DNA of 32,000 bases from Saccharolobus solfataricus (GTDB lineage Archaea; Thermoproteota; Thermoprotei_A; Sulfolobales; Sulfolobaceae). Positions within the stretch are counted from its first letter, which is position 1, and each line of letters starts with the position of its first letter. This document shows, piece by piece, positions 16,989 through 25,516 of the stretch. The DNA lies in contig NZ_LT549890.1 of the NCBI RefSeq assembly GCF_900079115.1, positions 2,040,001 to 2,072,000 on the forward strand, written 5' to 3'. The position numbers and the translations under genes are program-made. The notes under the pieces are model-generated. The model was given only the letters and a program-made list of their open reading frames with translations. It did no database searches and was not told where the DNA came from.

Positions 16989-17294
16989 TTACTTGTTCCT
17001 AATTAAAAATTTTGGCATTTCAATTTTCTCAGATTTGCAAATAGGACATCTACTAGGCTTTTTTATTTTGTCAGAATTAAATACGTAACCACAGCTCTTG
17101 CACTTTGCTGGTATTATTATAAGCATATAACCTTTCCTTTTGCTTGACCTCGCCAAATGCTCTAAATGATCGTAAACTTCTTTCTCTTTCCTAACGTCCA
17201 ATCTTCTCATTATCTCCCTAGCACTCAAAGGTTCATCTGAATAAAATAACAACAAGAATATTTTTTCCCTAGTTGTTAAGAAGTCTGTACTCAA
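16989..17294 (-). CDS. Transcriptional regulator: winged-HTH fused to a C-terminal zinc ribbon
   Basis: PLSAREIMRRL...VYDHLEHLARS is HTH-like. It is followed by CKSCGY...RCPICKS (CxxC...CxxC). Confidence 0.65.
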   Translation of the reverse strand: MSTDFLTTREKIFLLLFYSDEPLSAREIMRRLDVRKEKEVYDHLEHLARSSKRKGYMLIIIPAKCKSCGYVFNSDKIKKPSRCPICKSEKIEMPKFLIRNK

Positions 17295-18036
17295 TTAAGC
17301 TCAATATACTCTCTTTTGCGTCGATTTTAATATTATATGCTCTTAAAAGCCAATCATCTAGCGAAAAATCCCTCTGTCGATTATCAATTTCAATAACTTC
17401 ATTTCCAAAGATATCTGAAAGGTAACTACATATGTCAAAAAGAGATACTCTATTGCTCCCTACGTTTATTACTCCTCTTGCTTCCTTATCAATAAGTAAT
17501 TTAATTACCTTAGCTAATGTATTTAAATCGATAATTGAGATATAAAAGTTTTTATTACACTTTAGGACTTTCCCCATTGTGGAGGCTTTAATGAATGGAA
17601 ATAGAAAACCCCTATATGATAATGAAAATAATGCGCCAACTCTTAAAACTAAGTAATTACCCAAAGAGATAATACTACTCTCCCCCACTAGTTTAGTTAA
17701 TCCGTAATAATTTAGTGGATGAGGAGTATTATGTTCTTTGTAAAAACCTCTCTTCCCATCGTAAATTAAAAAAGAGGAAAGAAATACATTTACGCTCCCC
17801 GCCTTAGACCCAGCTCTAGCTATGTTAATTGCGTACCACGTGTTAAATGACCAGGCTAAAGGAGGATTTGCGTTACTTTCAAAAATTGGTATTTCAAATG
17901 TATGTATTATCACATCTGGTTTTTCCCTTATAACCTTGGAGGGATTATCCACAACTATAATTTCATTGCCTTTACCACCAAGAAATTTGGCAATTGCTTT
18001 AGCAACTTCTCCTTCATCAGTAACTGCAATTTTCAA
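17269..18036 (-). CDS. RmlD-like / NAD-dependent epimerase-reductase family protein (dTDP-4-dehydrorhamnose reductase-like)
   Basis: The catalytic-type YGLTKLVGE (YxxxK), the overall length and the FLSS..IYDG pattern fit RmlD. The N-terminal dinucleotide motif is degenerate (VTDEGEV instead of TGxxGxxG). Overlaps the downstream regulator gene by 26 nt. Confidence 0.6.
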   Translation of the reverse strand: MKIAVTDEGEVAKAIAKFLGGKGNEIIVVDNPSKVIREKPDVIIHTFEIPIFESNANPPLAWSFNTWYAINIARAGSKAGSVNVFLSSFLIYDGKRGFYKEHNTPHPLNYYGLTKLVGESSIISLGNYLVLRVGALFSLSYRGFLFPFIKASTMGKVLKCNKNFYISIIDLNTLAKVIKLLIDKEARGVINVGSNRVSLFDICSYLSDIFGNEVIEIDNRQRDFSLDDWLLRAYNIKIDAKESILSLIEYRLLNN

Positions 18037-18114
18037 TATCTATAATTCTTACTACCTAGAATTAAAAAGTTTCGATTACTATATATCATTATACGAGTAC
18101 GTTAAAAAATTGCT

Positions 18115-21100
18115 CTAGCTCAAGATTTTGCTTATCTCAGTTGTAATAACAGTTTTCAGTCGATCAATGTTATCCCTTAATAGCTGTATGACAGCAGAGA
18201 TCACTACATTCTCATCATATTCCTCTGTTACCTTACTTTTCAGTAATGAGGCAAACGGCTGTATAATCTTATCTAATTCAATTGCTGACAAAGTATTGGA
18301 TATTTCTTTTATATACTCAGCCAGTATAATGGCCTTATCTATTGAAGACTCTGAAGATTTTTGCCTTATATTACCAGATAATTTAGATGCAATTATCTTA
18401 CCTATATTGTCCACTACTTGAACTATAATGGGTTCAATAATCTTCTTATACTCGTCAACACCTGAAGTGGAAAATGCTGCTGTATCAGCTATTAAATTAA
18501 CTTGGGAATTAAGAGAAGATAATATACTGGAAATTAGTTCTTTCCTTATATATTCCTTACTATTCTCATCTAGTTGGAAAGATGCTACTTGATATTGCAC
18601 GCTTTGTATCCCTAATTTCTCTGCCAGGAATTCTATTAACGTCACGGCATTTATCCCAACACTTCTGAACTTAGCAGCAGCCAATGGACATAGTGTAACT
18701 ACTTTTCCATATCTCTCTCCTATAGCTCTAGCCATTAAGTCAGCTCTCTTTCCTAAACTCTTTTCTAGGATTGCACCTGAACAACCCTCAACCTTTTTAA
18801 CCCTGAATCCTTTCTCGCTTAACCTTCTAATTACCTCATCTGAATATTCCGAGGAGAAACAAGCTACATGTAAATTTACATTTTCATTACTTCCATCAAT
18901 GACTATAGACTTTAGCAGTCTAAGTTCTAACGGTACTACTTCGAAAATTACCTCTGTTCCAGCCAATTTAGAGTAGTCCTTATACGCTGTGGAGAATGTT
19001 CTATAATCCTCAGGAGTAATAGTAATTATTTCTAACGCATTATTAACTGCATCTAAATTATATTTCATTTTCTCTAAGAATTTATTCCCATTTCCACTTA
19101 TATAATCCAGAAATCCGCTGTCTGCTGATGTACCTATCACTTTAACCTTTAATCCCATCTTTTTAAGTATCTTTAACGCTGTGATCGCCACTGCGGGGTT
19201 ACTAACTGCATTCTTCCCAACCCACAATATGAATTGGCTATTTGGATCATTAACCGAAGCTAACTCTGGATCAGAAAAGAGAGATAACTCTACTCCCGGT
19301 TCCTCTGGTAATTTCTTAGCTACTAGACTATTTAATTTGATTAATAGTGTTGAGATTGGAATTCGCGCTGGACATACACCATCACAAAGACCGCACTTAT
19401 GACAACCAGAAATCTCGGCTATCACGCTATCTGGTATATCGATGGAACCGTTTAATTCATAATAAGCCACTGCACCTCTGACGAAATCAAACATACCTTT
19501 TGGGGCATAAGGCCATTGAGGAATTAGTCTATATTGAGGACACACGGTAACGCACATTGAACAGTCTATACACATGAGGCTGTAATCTGCAAAATCCTCC
19601 AAATACCTTCTTACATGCTTAAAACCCTCAACCTCACCACCTGGAGATAGCCTTTTAACAAAGCCAATCGCAAACCTAAAGTTTAAAGCTTCTTGCTGCC
19701 TTCTTGGAATTTCCAGAACAGCTTTAGCTCTAATCTTCGGATCAAAGAGCTTTCCCGGATTGAAAATTTCTTCTGGATCAGTTTCTTCCTTGTACTTCCT
19801 TATTACCTCGTATCTATCAACTCCTAACTCAGTAAATGTTTTGCCCATACTGCTTAATCTATTTTTAGCATACTTGTGAGCAAAAATACCTACTGATAAT
19901 AGGGAACCATCAACTTTTACGAACTCATCCATCATTAGTGTGTTCTTAGCTAAATCATACAGTATTTTCTTATCGACAGGGCTTACTGAAATCTGAGTAA
20001 ACGCGTTAACTAAAAGGACTTCCCTCCTCTCTAAAGCTATATCTACATCAAACCCACCATCTGAAGACAGCTCACCTAATTTACCTAAAGCCTTTTCTAG
20101 ATTCCTTAATAAGTCTAAAAGCCTCGTATAGTGTATTAAACCGTGTTGATGTATTAATAAACCTTGTGTCCTTAATGCTGCCGCAACACCATGATTAAAT
20201 GACCACCAACCAGTCCATTCTCCTTCAAAAACTTTACCACCATAAGACTGGGCAATCTTATAAATTTTTGGTTCCACTAGAGGTGACCTAGGAGAAGGGT
20301 ATAGTATTACCATATTCCACTTTTGAGGTTCAAATGGCGCCTTATATTTCTCAGCCATATATGTAGAAATGTATGGACCTCTAACTTGAACGTGCCAAGC
20401 TGGAATCACTTCTCTATAGAATTCTCCTACTGCATGCATCATTTGATCTAAATTATCAAAGGAAATGACCATAGCTTCAGTTGGAGAGAAATTCCTAAGC
20501 TTTAACCCAGCTTTAGCTATTATCCCGGTAGTACCTTCCGCTCCACATACTAACGCTAAATCCTTGCCCTCTAGTCTAACTAAGTCCCCTTTTGGATTTA
20601 CCATTTCAACGAAGCTTACATTGTCTGAAATAAAACCATATTCATATGAACCTATTCCTAAAGCGTCTCCAGCTATCCCTCCTCCCACAGTGGAATCGTA
20701 TGAAGATGGGAAGGTCCTTAATTGCAGTCCCTTCTGCTGAGCATAGATATCAACAAGCTTCCAGGTAGCACCGGGCTCAACTATTGCCATCTTATTCGAT
20801 TCATCTATAGTTACGTTGGTCATCTTTGAAAAGTCAAGTAATATTCCACCATCTGCTGGTATTGCGTTACCATATCTATTTGTACCTCTGCCATAAGGGA
20901 CTATTGGTATTTTATATTTGAGTCCTAATCTAACTACGTTAATAATATCTTCCACCGACCTAGGATAAGCAACGTAGTCTGGGACAATGTTAATCTTTAT
21001 TCCAGACCACACTAGTTCTGGAACGAAACCGAAATCCACTGAATGAGATAGTCTCTCTACTAATTCATCATGAAAACTATCCCCTAGTAAACTTTTCAAC

Positions 21101-21117
21101 TCCTCTTCCAAACCCAT
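18115..21117 (-). CDS. Fused FAD-linked oxidase (GlcD/D-lactate dehydrogenase-like) and Fe-S/CCG-type (GlcF/HdrD-like) oxidoreductase, 1000 aa
   Basis: An N-terminal FAD_binding_4-like region (PRSVEDIINVV...IPIVPYGRGTN). Two ferredoxin-type cluster motifs, CIDCSMCVTVCP and CHKCGLCDGVCP. Two CCG-like repeats follow, then a 153-aa extra C-terminal tail. Confidence 0.85.
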   Translation of the reverse strand: MGLEEELKSLLGDSFHDELVERLSHSVDFGFVPELVWSGIKINIVPDYVAYPRSVEDIINVVRLGLKYKIPIVPYGRGTNRYGNAIPADGGILLDFSKMTNVTIDESNKMAIVEPGATWKLVDIYAQQKGLQLRTFPSSYDSTVGGGIAGDALGIGSYEYGFISDNVSFVEMVNPKGDLVRLEGKDLALVCGAEGTTGIIAKAGLKLRNFSPTEAMVISFDNLDQMMHAVGEFYREVIPAWHVQVRGPYISTYMAEKYKAPFEPQKWNMVILYPSPRSPLVEPKIYKIAQSYGGKVFEGEWTGWWSFNHGVAAALRTQGLLIHQHGLIHYTRLLDLLRNLEKALGKLGELSSDGGFDVDIALERREVLLVNAFTQISVSPVDKKILYDLAKNTLMMDEFVKVDGSLLSVGIFAHKYAKNRLSSMGKTFTELGVDRYEVIRKYKEETDPEEIFNPGKLFDPKIRAKAVLEIPRRQQEALNFRFAIGFVKRLSPGGEVEGFKHVRRYLEDFADYSLMCIDCSMCVTVCPQYRLIPQWPYAPKGMFDFVRGAVAYYELNGSIDIPDSVIAEISGCHKCGLCDGVCPARIPISTLLIKLNSLVAKKLPEEPGVELSLFSDPELASVNDPNSQFILWVGKNAVSNPAVAITALKILKKMGLKVKVIGTSADSGFLDYISGNGNKFLEKMKYNLDAVNNALEIITITPEDYRTFSTAYKDYSKLAGTEVIFEVVPLELRLLKSIVIDGSNENVNLHVACFSSEYSDEVIRRLSEKGFRVKKVEGCSGAILEKSLGKRADLMARAIGERYGKVVTLCPLAAAKFRSVGINAVTLIEFLAEKLGIQSVQYQVASFQLDENSKEYIRKELISSILSSLNSQVNLIADTAAFSTSGVDEYKKIIEPIIVQVVDNIGKIIASKLSGNIRQKSSESSIDKAIILAEYIKEISNTLSAIELDKIIQPFASLLKSKVTEEYDENVVISAVIQLLRDNIDRLKTVITTEISKILS

Positions 21118-21153
21118 ATTACTACCCTTAAATGTTATATATTATTCTAGCAT

Positions 21154-21573
21154 TTATATATTCTTTAAAGTTTCTATTATTGCTTTTTGTACGTACTCGT
21201 AATATTCCCTTGACTGTTCTTTTCTTGGTACGAAATCTTTCATTATATCTGGATCTTGGGACCATGTTGGAACTATATGAAAATGAGAGTGAAATACCAC
21301 TTGCCCTGCACTCTTTCCAATATTGGTTAATATTCTTATACCATCAGCCTTCAAAGCTTTCTTTACTGCAATTGAAATCTTTCTTACAGCTGTACATAAA
21401 TATGGTATGACGTCTTCAGAAATCTCTAAAAAATTCTCATAATGTGTTCTAGGTACTACCAAAGTATGTCCAGGTGTAATAGGAAATTTATCCAGAAATG
21501 CGACTACTCTATCGTTACTATACACGATATACCCATGATCCCTTCCTTCAACAATGTTGCAAAAGATACACAT
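21154..21573 (-). CDS. HIT-family (histidine triad) nucleotide hydrolase/transferase
   Basis: N-terminal CIFC, and the histidine triad HSHFHIVP. Confidence 0.85.
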   Translation of the reverse strand: MCIFCNIVEGRDHGYIVYSNDRVVAFLDKFPITPGHTLVVPRTHYENFLEISEDVIPYLCTAVRKISIAVKKALKADGIRILTNIGKSAGQVVFHSHFHIVPTWSQDPDIMKDFVPRKEQSREYYEYVQKAIIETLKNI

Positions 21574-21730
21574 CTGTATTGACCCTCATTACTACAAAAT
21601 TATAAGTTTAGTTACAAAAAATCCCTTTGCTATTCAACTGGATTTCTTCATTCATGAAGATTCCATTTTTAATATTAAGTTTTGTGTAGGGAAGTCAAAT
21701 TATGAAACATCACTGCTTTTAAGCTTATTA

Positions 21731-22111
21731 TCAAGGGTCTTCTATGCAGACTTCTTTTCCTTTCTTAAACTCTATGTGTAATATTTTTTGTAATTCTCTT
21801 CCTAAAAGCGAAATTTCCCTACCAAGAATAGGACTTTCAATAAGAGTGTCAAGTTTAATTTTACCAATCTTTATAATAGCCTTAGCAACTCTAGTTTTAA
21901 CAATTCCGTTAAGCGTTGCGTAAACTCTTGGATTCTCTAGCTCAAGGGAATTTACTTTATTGTAAACAGAAGGAGGGATTAAAAGATAACCGGAAAATCC
22001 AGTGTCAATTAATGCTCTAACTTCCATGAAATCCCCATTATAAGGATCTATTACGGTAACCGGTAAAGTAGGTTTATCATTTATTCTAAAGCAATCGAAG
22101 ACCATCCCCAA
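21731..22111 (-). CDS. Retropepsin-like clan AA aspartic protease (DTGF type, AF_0612-like family)
   Basis: A 126-aa protein with one catalytic motif, ALIDTGFSGYLLIP, so it would act as a homodimer. A later ILGREISLLG resembles the retropepsin flap/G-R-D/N region. Confidence 0.7.
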   Translation of the reverse strand: MGMVFDCFRINDKPTLPVTVIDPYNGDFMEVRALIDTGFSGYLLIPPSVYNKVNSLELENPRVYATLNGIVKTRVAKAIIKIGKIKLDTLIESPILGREISLLGRELQKILHIEFKKGKEVCIEDP

Positions 22112-22446
22112 TCTCCTATCTCTTGCTTATCGTAATTCTTACTACCTATCATACATTTCTTGTGCCCCTTCCCCTTTTCAACTGCCTCCTTTTCACTATC
22201 AAATGCACCTATATATTCTCCGTCACAAGCTAAAACATACTTTCCTTCATTATATGCATTTATTGCTTCAGGATTAGTCTTAAGTACGATGTAATTATAA
22301 TCACCTATTCCTTCGGTAACGTTGAGCCACAAAGAAATAGCCTGCTGTATTGCTTCAGAGACACTTATCCCTAATAGTGCAGCTCTAGCTTTTAACATCC
22401 TATAAAGCTGCTCGTCCATATTCTTTATCAGCACCTTTGTTGCCAT
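22081..22446 (-). CDS. Ribbon-helix-helix (CopG/Arc/antitoxin-like) protein with a C-terminal small alpha/beta domain
   Basis: The track ORF starts at 22503. I prefer Met20 (ATG 22446) because a TATA box tttattatattt (plus-strand 22464-22475) lies about 24 nt upstream. KVLIKNMDEQLYRMLKARAALLGISVSEAIQQAISLWL has the strand-helix-helix pattern. The C-terminal KYVLACDGEYIGAFDSEKEAVEKG resembles small archaeal antitoxin-associated domains. Overlaps the protease gene by 31 nt. Confidence 0.65.
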   Translation of the reverse strand: MATKVLIKNMDEQLYRMLKARAALLGISVSEAIQQAISLWLNVTEGIGDYNYIVLKTNPEAINAYNEGKYVLACDGEYIGAFDSEKEAVEKGKGHKKCMIGSKNYDKQEIGDWGWSSIALE

Positions 22447-23084
22447 ATGTTTAACTTGGTAAGAAATATAATAAAGTTTATCTTTAATACATGAGTCTGA
22501 CAAAAAGAACGATAAGCCTCGTCCCTTCTCGATAGATTAAAACTCACTATCTATATAATAACTTGACATAAGGATAAACGGAATTATAAAAGTAAATAAG
22601 AATATATCTATATTAAGGTAATTATTCAACTCAGACTCCAAGGAGAGGGAGAACTCACTTCCACGGGGAATCAACGCGAAACTAGAGAACGAATAAAACC
22701 AAGTATTATAAGAGAAAAGGAAATAAGCAAATAAGAGAAATATTAACATAAGCCCAGGCACTCCGAGGGGATAAAACCCCATTCAAGAGGCTAGCTGTAA
22801 AACCTCTAGAAAACAAGAGAGGATCAAACACCGAGTAGGAGGTTGTACCCAAACTACTCTAGGGGCTGAACATAGTTAATATTATGCAAGAAAAACAAGG
22901 TGTTATGACCACAAGGAATATATAGGGGTACATGATTGACACCCATAGATTCTCAATTCCCCCAGCTCTGTTAGAGGTGAAGCTTGTAGGGCCTCTTGAT
23001 ACATCAAGTAGACTTCAAAGCGTTAAAAAAGCAAATAGATATATTTCGAATTTATCTTGAGGCTTTTTGTAAAATTAAAACTAG

Positions 23085-23300
23085 TCAGATACTAAACTTG
23101 GCTTTAATATAATCGCCTTTTTCAGTTATCAATTCTATTATATGATCACCCTTTATAGGGGTAAAATCGTTTATTTCTATTGTTATATTTTTAACTCCAT
23201 AGGGTATGTATTCTGGATTATATCTATACGTCATCTTACCATCGATTCTAATTGCTACGATCTTACCTGAAACCTTATCAGTTTGCAACCAAACTTTCAT
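23085..23300 (-). CDS. Hypothetical small beta-rich protein (71 aa)
   Basis: An ORF with a TATA element about 28 nt upstream of its ATG. No recognisable motif. Confidence 0.5.
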   Translation of the reverse strand: MKVWLQTDKVSGKIVAIRIDGKMTYRYNPEYIPYGVKNITIEINDFTPIKGDHIIELITEKGDYIKAKFSI

Positions 23301-23324
23301 ATTTACAAACTTCCTTGCATAATG

Positions 23325-23332
23325 TTTAAAAG
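23325..23332. promoter_or_regulatory. Single TATA element (tttaaaag) shared by divergent genes 23300(-) and 23356(+)
   Basis: The centre at 23328.5 is 28.5 nt from ATG 23300 (minus) and 27.5 nt from ATG 23356 (plus). The whole spacer is only 55 bp. Confidence 0.4.
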
Positions 23333-23355
23333 TAATAACGCTATCCTATAGAGTA

Positions 23356-23961
23356 ATGTTAACGGCCCAAGAACTAATAGTAATATTCGTTATCTCGTTC
23401 ATAACAAATGCAACTCCATTCTTTGGAGCTCCTTACACCCTGATAACTACGTCAATATTAATAAAGAGTGGAGTATCACCTTTGTCGCTAATCTTGGCTG
23501 TAGTATTAAGCGGGCTTGGTGCATCCTTATCTAAGTTAGTAATGTACGCATTGGGAATAGCCATAAGAAAACCTCTAAAAGACAATAAGAATATTCTGCT
23601 TATAGAGAAGATTAGCAAGAGTTACGGATTTTATGCAGCTCTATTCATATTGACCATATTACCATTTTTACCATTAGACGACTACATATTTCTCGCGGGA
23701 GGAGTAGCTAGGCTTTCAGTTTTTAGAATGATACTGATTTCAATAATAGGTAAGACACTAAAAAGTGGAATTGAGATAAGTATAGAACTTACTGGAATTT
23801 CTTTAATAGCCTCAATATTTAGCATAAACGAATTTGAACTTTCTATAATTTCTATTATAGTATTCATTTTACTTGGAATTCTGTTATTCAAATTAGATTG
23901 GGAAGAAATTCTGAAGAGGGGAGAAAAATTCTTAAGAGAAAAATTAAAAATTAATTTATGA
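23356..23961 (+). CDS. Integral membrane protein, DedA/VTT-domain-like
   Basis: 201 aa with about 5 hydrophobic segments. The N-terminal FITNATPFFGAPYTLI and LPFLPLDDYIFLAGG resemble SNARE-associated/DedA family motifs. Confidence 0.65.
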   Translation: MLTAQELIVIFVISFITNATPFFGAPYTLITTSILIKSGVSPLSLILAVVLSGLGASLSKLVMYALGIAIRKPLKDNKNILLIEKISKSYGFYAALFILTILPFLPLDDYIFLAGGVARLSVFRMILISIIGKTLKSGIEISIELTGISLIASIFSINEFELSIISIIVFILLGILLFKLDWEEILKRGEKFLREKLKINL

Positions 23962-24458
23962 AGATTTTTAGTGGTAAAAAATTTGAAGTGCACATAGATA
24001 AGGTGAAATTGCCTAACGGATATGAAAGGGAATTAGAGTTCGTGAAGCATAGGGGTTCTGTCGTAATAATACCTAAGATAAACAATGAAATTATATTGAT
24101 AAGGCAATTTAGGCCTGTAATAGATAAATGGATATATGAGTTACCAGCAGGAACGATTGAGGAAGGAGAAGATCCATTAAATACTGCAAATAGAGAATTA
24201 ATTGAGGAAATAGGATATGAAGCTGGGAAAATGAAAGAAATAATAAGTTTCTACGCTTCCCCTGGCATAACTACAGAGTATATGAGATTATACTTGGCTG
24301 AAGATCTTAGATACGTCGGAGCTAAACCGGAACCATATGAAATCATAGAACCCATTAGACTAAGTATAGAGGAGGCAATAAAAATGATAAGAGAAAGGAA
24401 AATAGAAGACGCAAAAACGATAATAGGAATATTTACATTAAAGGAGCTCTTAGAATAA
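23958..24458 (+). CDS. Nudix hydrolase (ADP-ribose pyrophosphatase-like)
   Basis: Nudix box GTIEEGEDPLNTANRELIEEIGY (G-x5-E-x7-REUxEExGU). The start overlaps the upstream stop (ATGA). Confidence 0.85.
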   Translation: MKIFSGKKFEVHIDKVKLPNGYERELEFVKHRGSVVIIPKINNEIILIRQFRPVIDKWIYELPAGTIEEGEDPLNTANRELIEEIGYEAGKMKEIISFYASPGITTEYMRLYLAEDLRYVGAKPEPYEIIEPIRLSIEEAIKMIRERKIEDAKTIIGIFTLKELLE

Positions 24459-24506
24459 AAAGAGAAGCGTAGAAAAATCTAAAATTGTGTAATATTACAG
24501 AATGTT

Positions 24507-24848
24507 ATGACAAGGTTCCCAATCGATGTGAGATCTCAGTATGAATTGAACGTAAATACTGCAATTAACGTGGCAAATGGATTAAAGATGAATGAGGCAG
24601 AGGATGTGAAAATCGTATTTTTAGTCTCAAGTATAACTATACTCGATATTGAAAATAGGTTGTCGGAGATAGTTAAAAAGAGTGCCGAGCCTCTTAAGAA
24701 AAACTCAGTTAAAGTTTTCAAATGTTAAATGGCTATGGAAAAATTATAATGTGAGCAAGGATAGTCTAGTATATGTAGACGAGATAAGTAGAGGTGTGAA
24801 TGTTTAGTAAGAATGGCTAACGAAGGATACGAGATACTAACATTTTAA
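24507..24848 (+). pseudogene. DsrE/DsrF-like (COG1416-type) small protein gene disrupted by frameshifts
   Basis: Frame 1 gives 73 aa ending VKVFKC-stop (24729). The family-like continuation NYNVSKDSLVYVDEISRGVNV is in another frame (about 24745-24807). The C-terminal LVRMANEGYEILTF-stop (to 24848) is back in frame 1. The total span is 114 codons, the normal length for this family. Confidence 0.6.
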
Positions 24849-25516
24849 ATTAAAAATAGATCTAAGCCCCTTAGCTCTCCAACTAGTATTGGTTCTTCTT
24901 TTGTTATCCATTTTCTTGCCTTGACTTCTCTAAGAGCCTCTACCACTTCAACCCAATTCTCTATTTCTGGAATCTCATAAACTACGACGAACTCATAATC
25001 ACCTACTCCAAAAGAGTAAGTAGTATATGATCTAATTCCCTTGTTCTTTGGATGAGTTCGAGCAGTTTCAATATGTTCTTTCATGATTTTTTCCCTTTCT
25101 TCAAAAGGTAGAAGATACCATTCTACGTCTTTTTTCATGGGATATGCTACAAAATACCTTAAAGGCTCTAATGAGAGGACCTTATTAATGTCAAAATTTC
25201 CTCTTGTATATGGAGACGACCTATATACGGAAAACAAGGATAGTGATTCATAACCTAAATCCCTTATTTTAGAAAGTAAAGTATATTTAAATTCTAACAA
25301 TTTCGATGTATCGGAGGAAGTTACCCAATAAATAATATCACTATCATTCCTAAGAGATATGTATCTTTTTAGTGAAATTAGATTATTCCTAAACTGTGAT
25401 TCTACAGATTCTATCTCATTTATTGCGCTTCTTCTTTCCTCTCTACTACTACTCCACCATCTATTTGTAAGCTTTATCGAGGAAATATAAAAGTATGCTA
25501 AACTATTTTGGCTCAT
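24845..25516 (-). CDS. Chlorite dismutase-family protein (Cld / HemQ-ChdC-like)
   Basis: EREKIMKEHIETARTH...IRSYTTYSFGVGDYEFVVVYE...W.EVVEALREVKARKW follows the family pattern around the proximal histidine. It is 223 aa. Confidence 0.8.
   Translation of the reverse strand: MSQNSLAYFYISSIKLTNRWWSSSREERRSAINEIESVESQFRNNLISLKRYISLRNDSDIIYWVTSSDTSKLLEFKYTLLSKIRDLGYESLSLFSVYRSSPYTRGNFDINKVLSLEPLRYFVAYPMKKDVEWYLLPFEEREKIMKEHIETARTHPKNKGIRSYTTYSFGVGDYEFVVVYEIPEIENWVEVVEALREVKARKWITKEEPILVGELRGLDLFLI

Noticed and set aside
18128-20740. Plus-strand ORFs 18128..18421, 19181..19402 and 20465..20740
   Set aside because: They are antisense within the 1000-aa FAD/Fe-S oxidase gene and have no motifs.
21132-21781. 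Plus-strand ORFs 21132..21410 and 21554..21781
   Set aside because: They are antisense to the HIT gene or lie in its upstream spacer. Their sequences are low-complexity Leu/Phe-rich.
22537-22782. Minus-strand ORF 22537..22782 (81 aa, hydrophobic)
   Set aside because: No TATA-like box sits at the right distance, the composition is low-complexity Phe/Leu/Ser, and its 5' end is formed by the hairpin-containing GC-rich segment. It could still be a small membrane protein, but I cannot support it.
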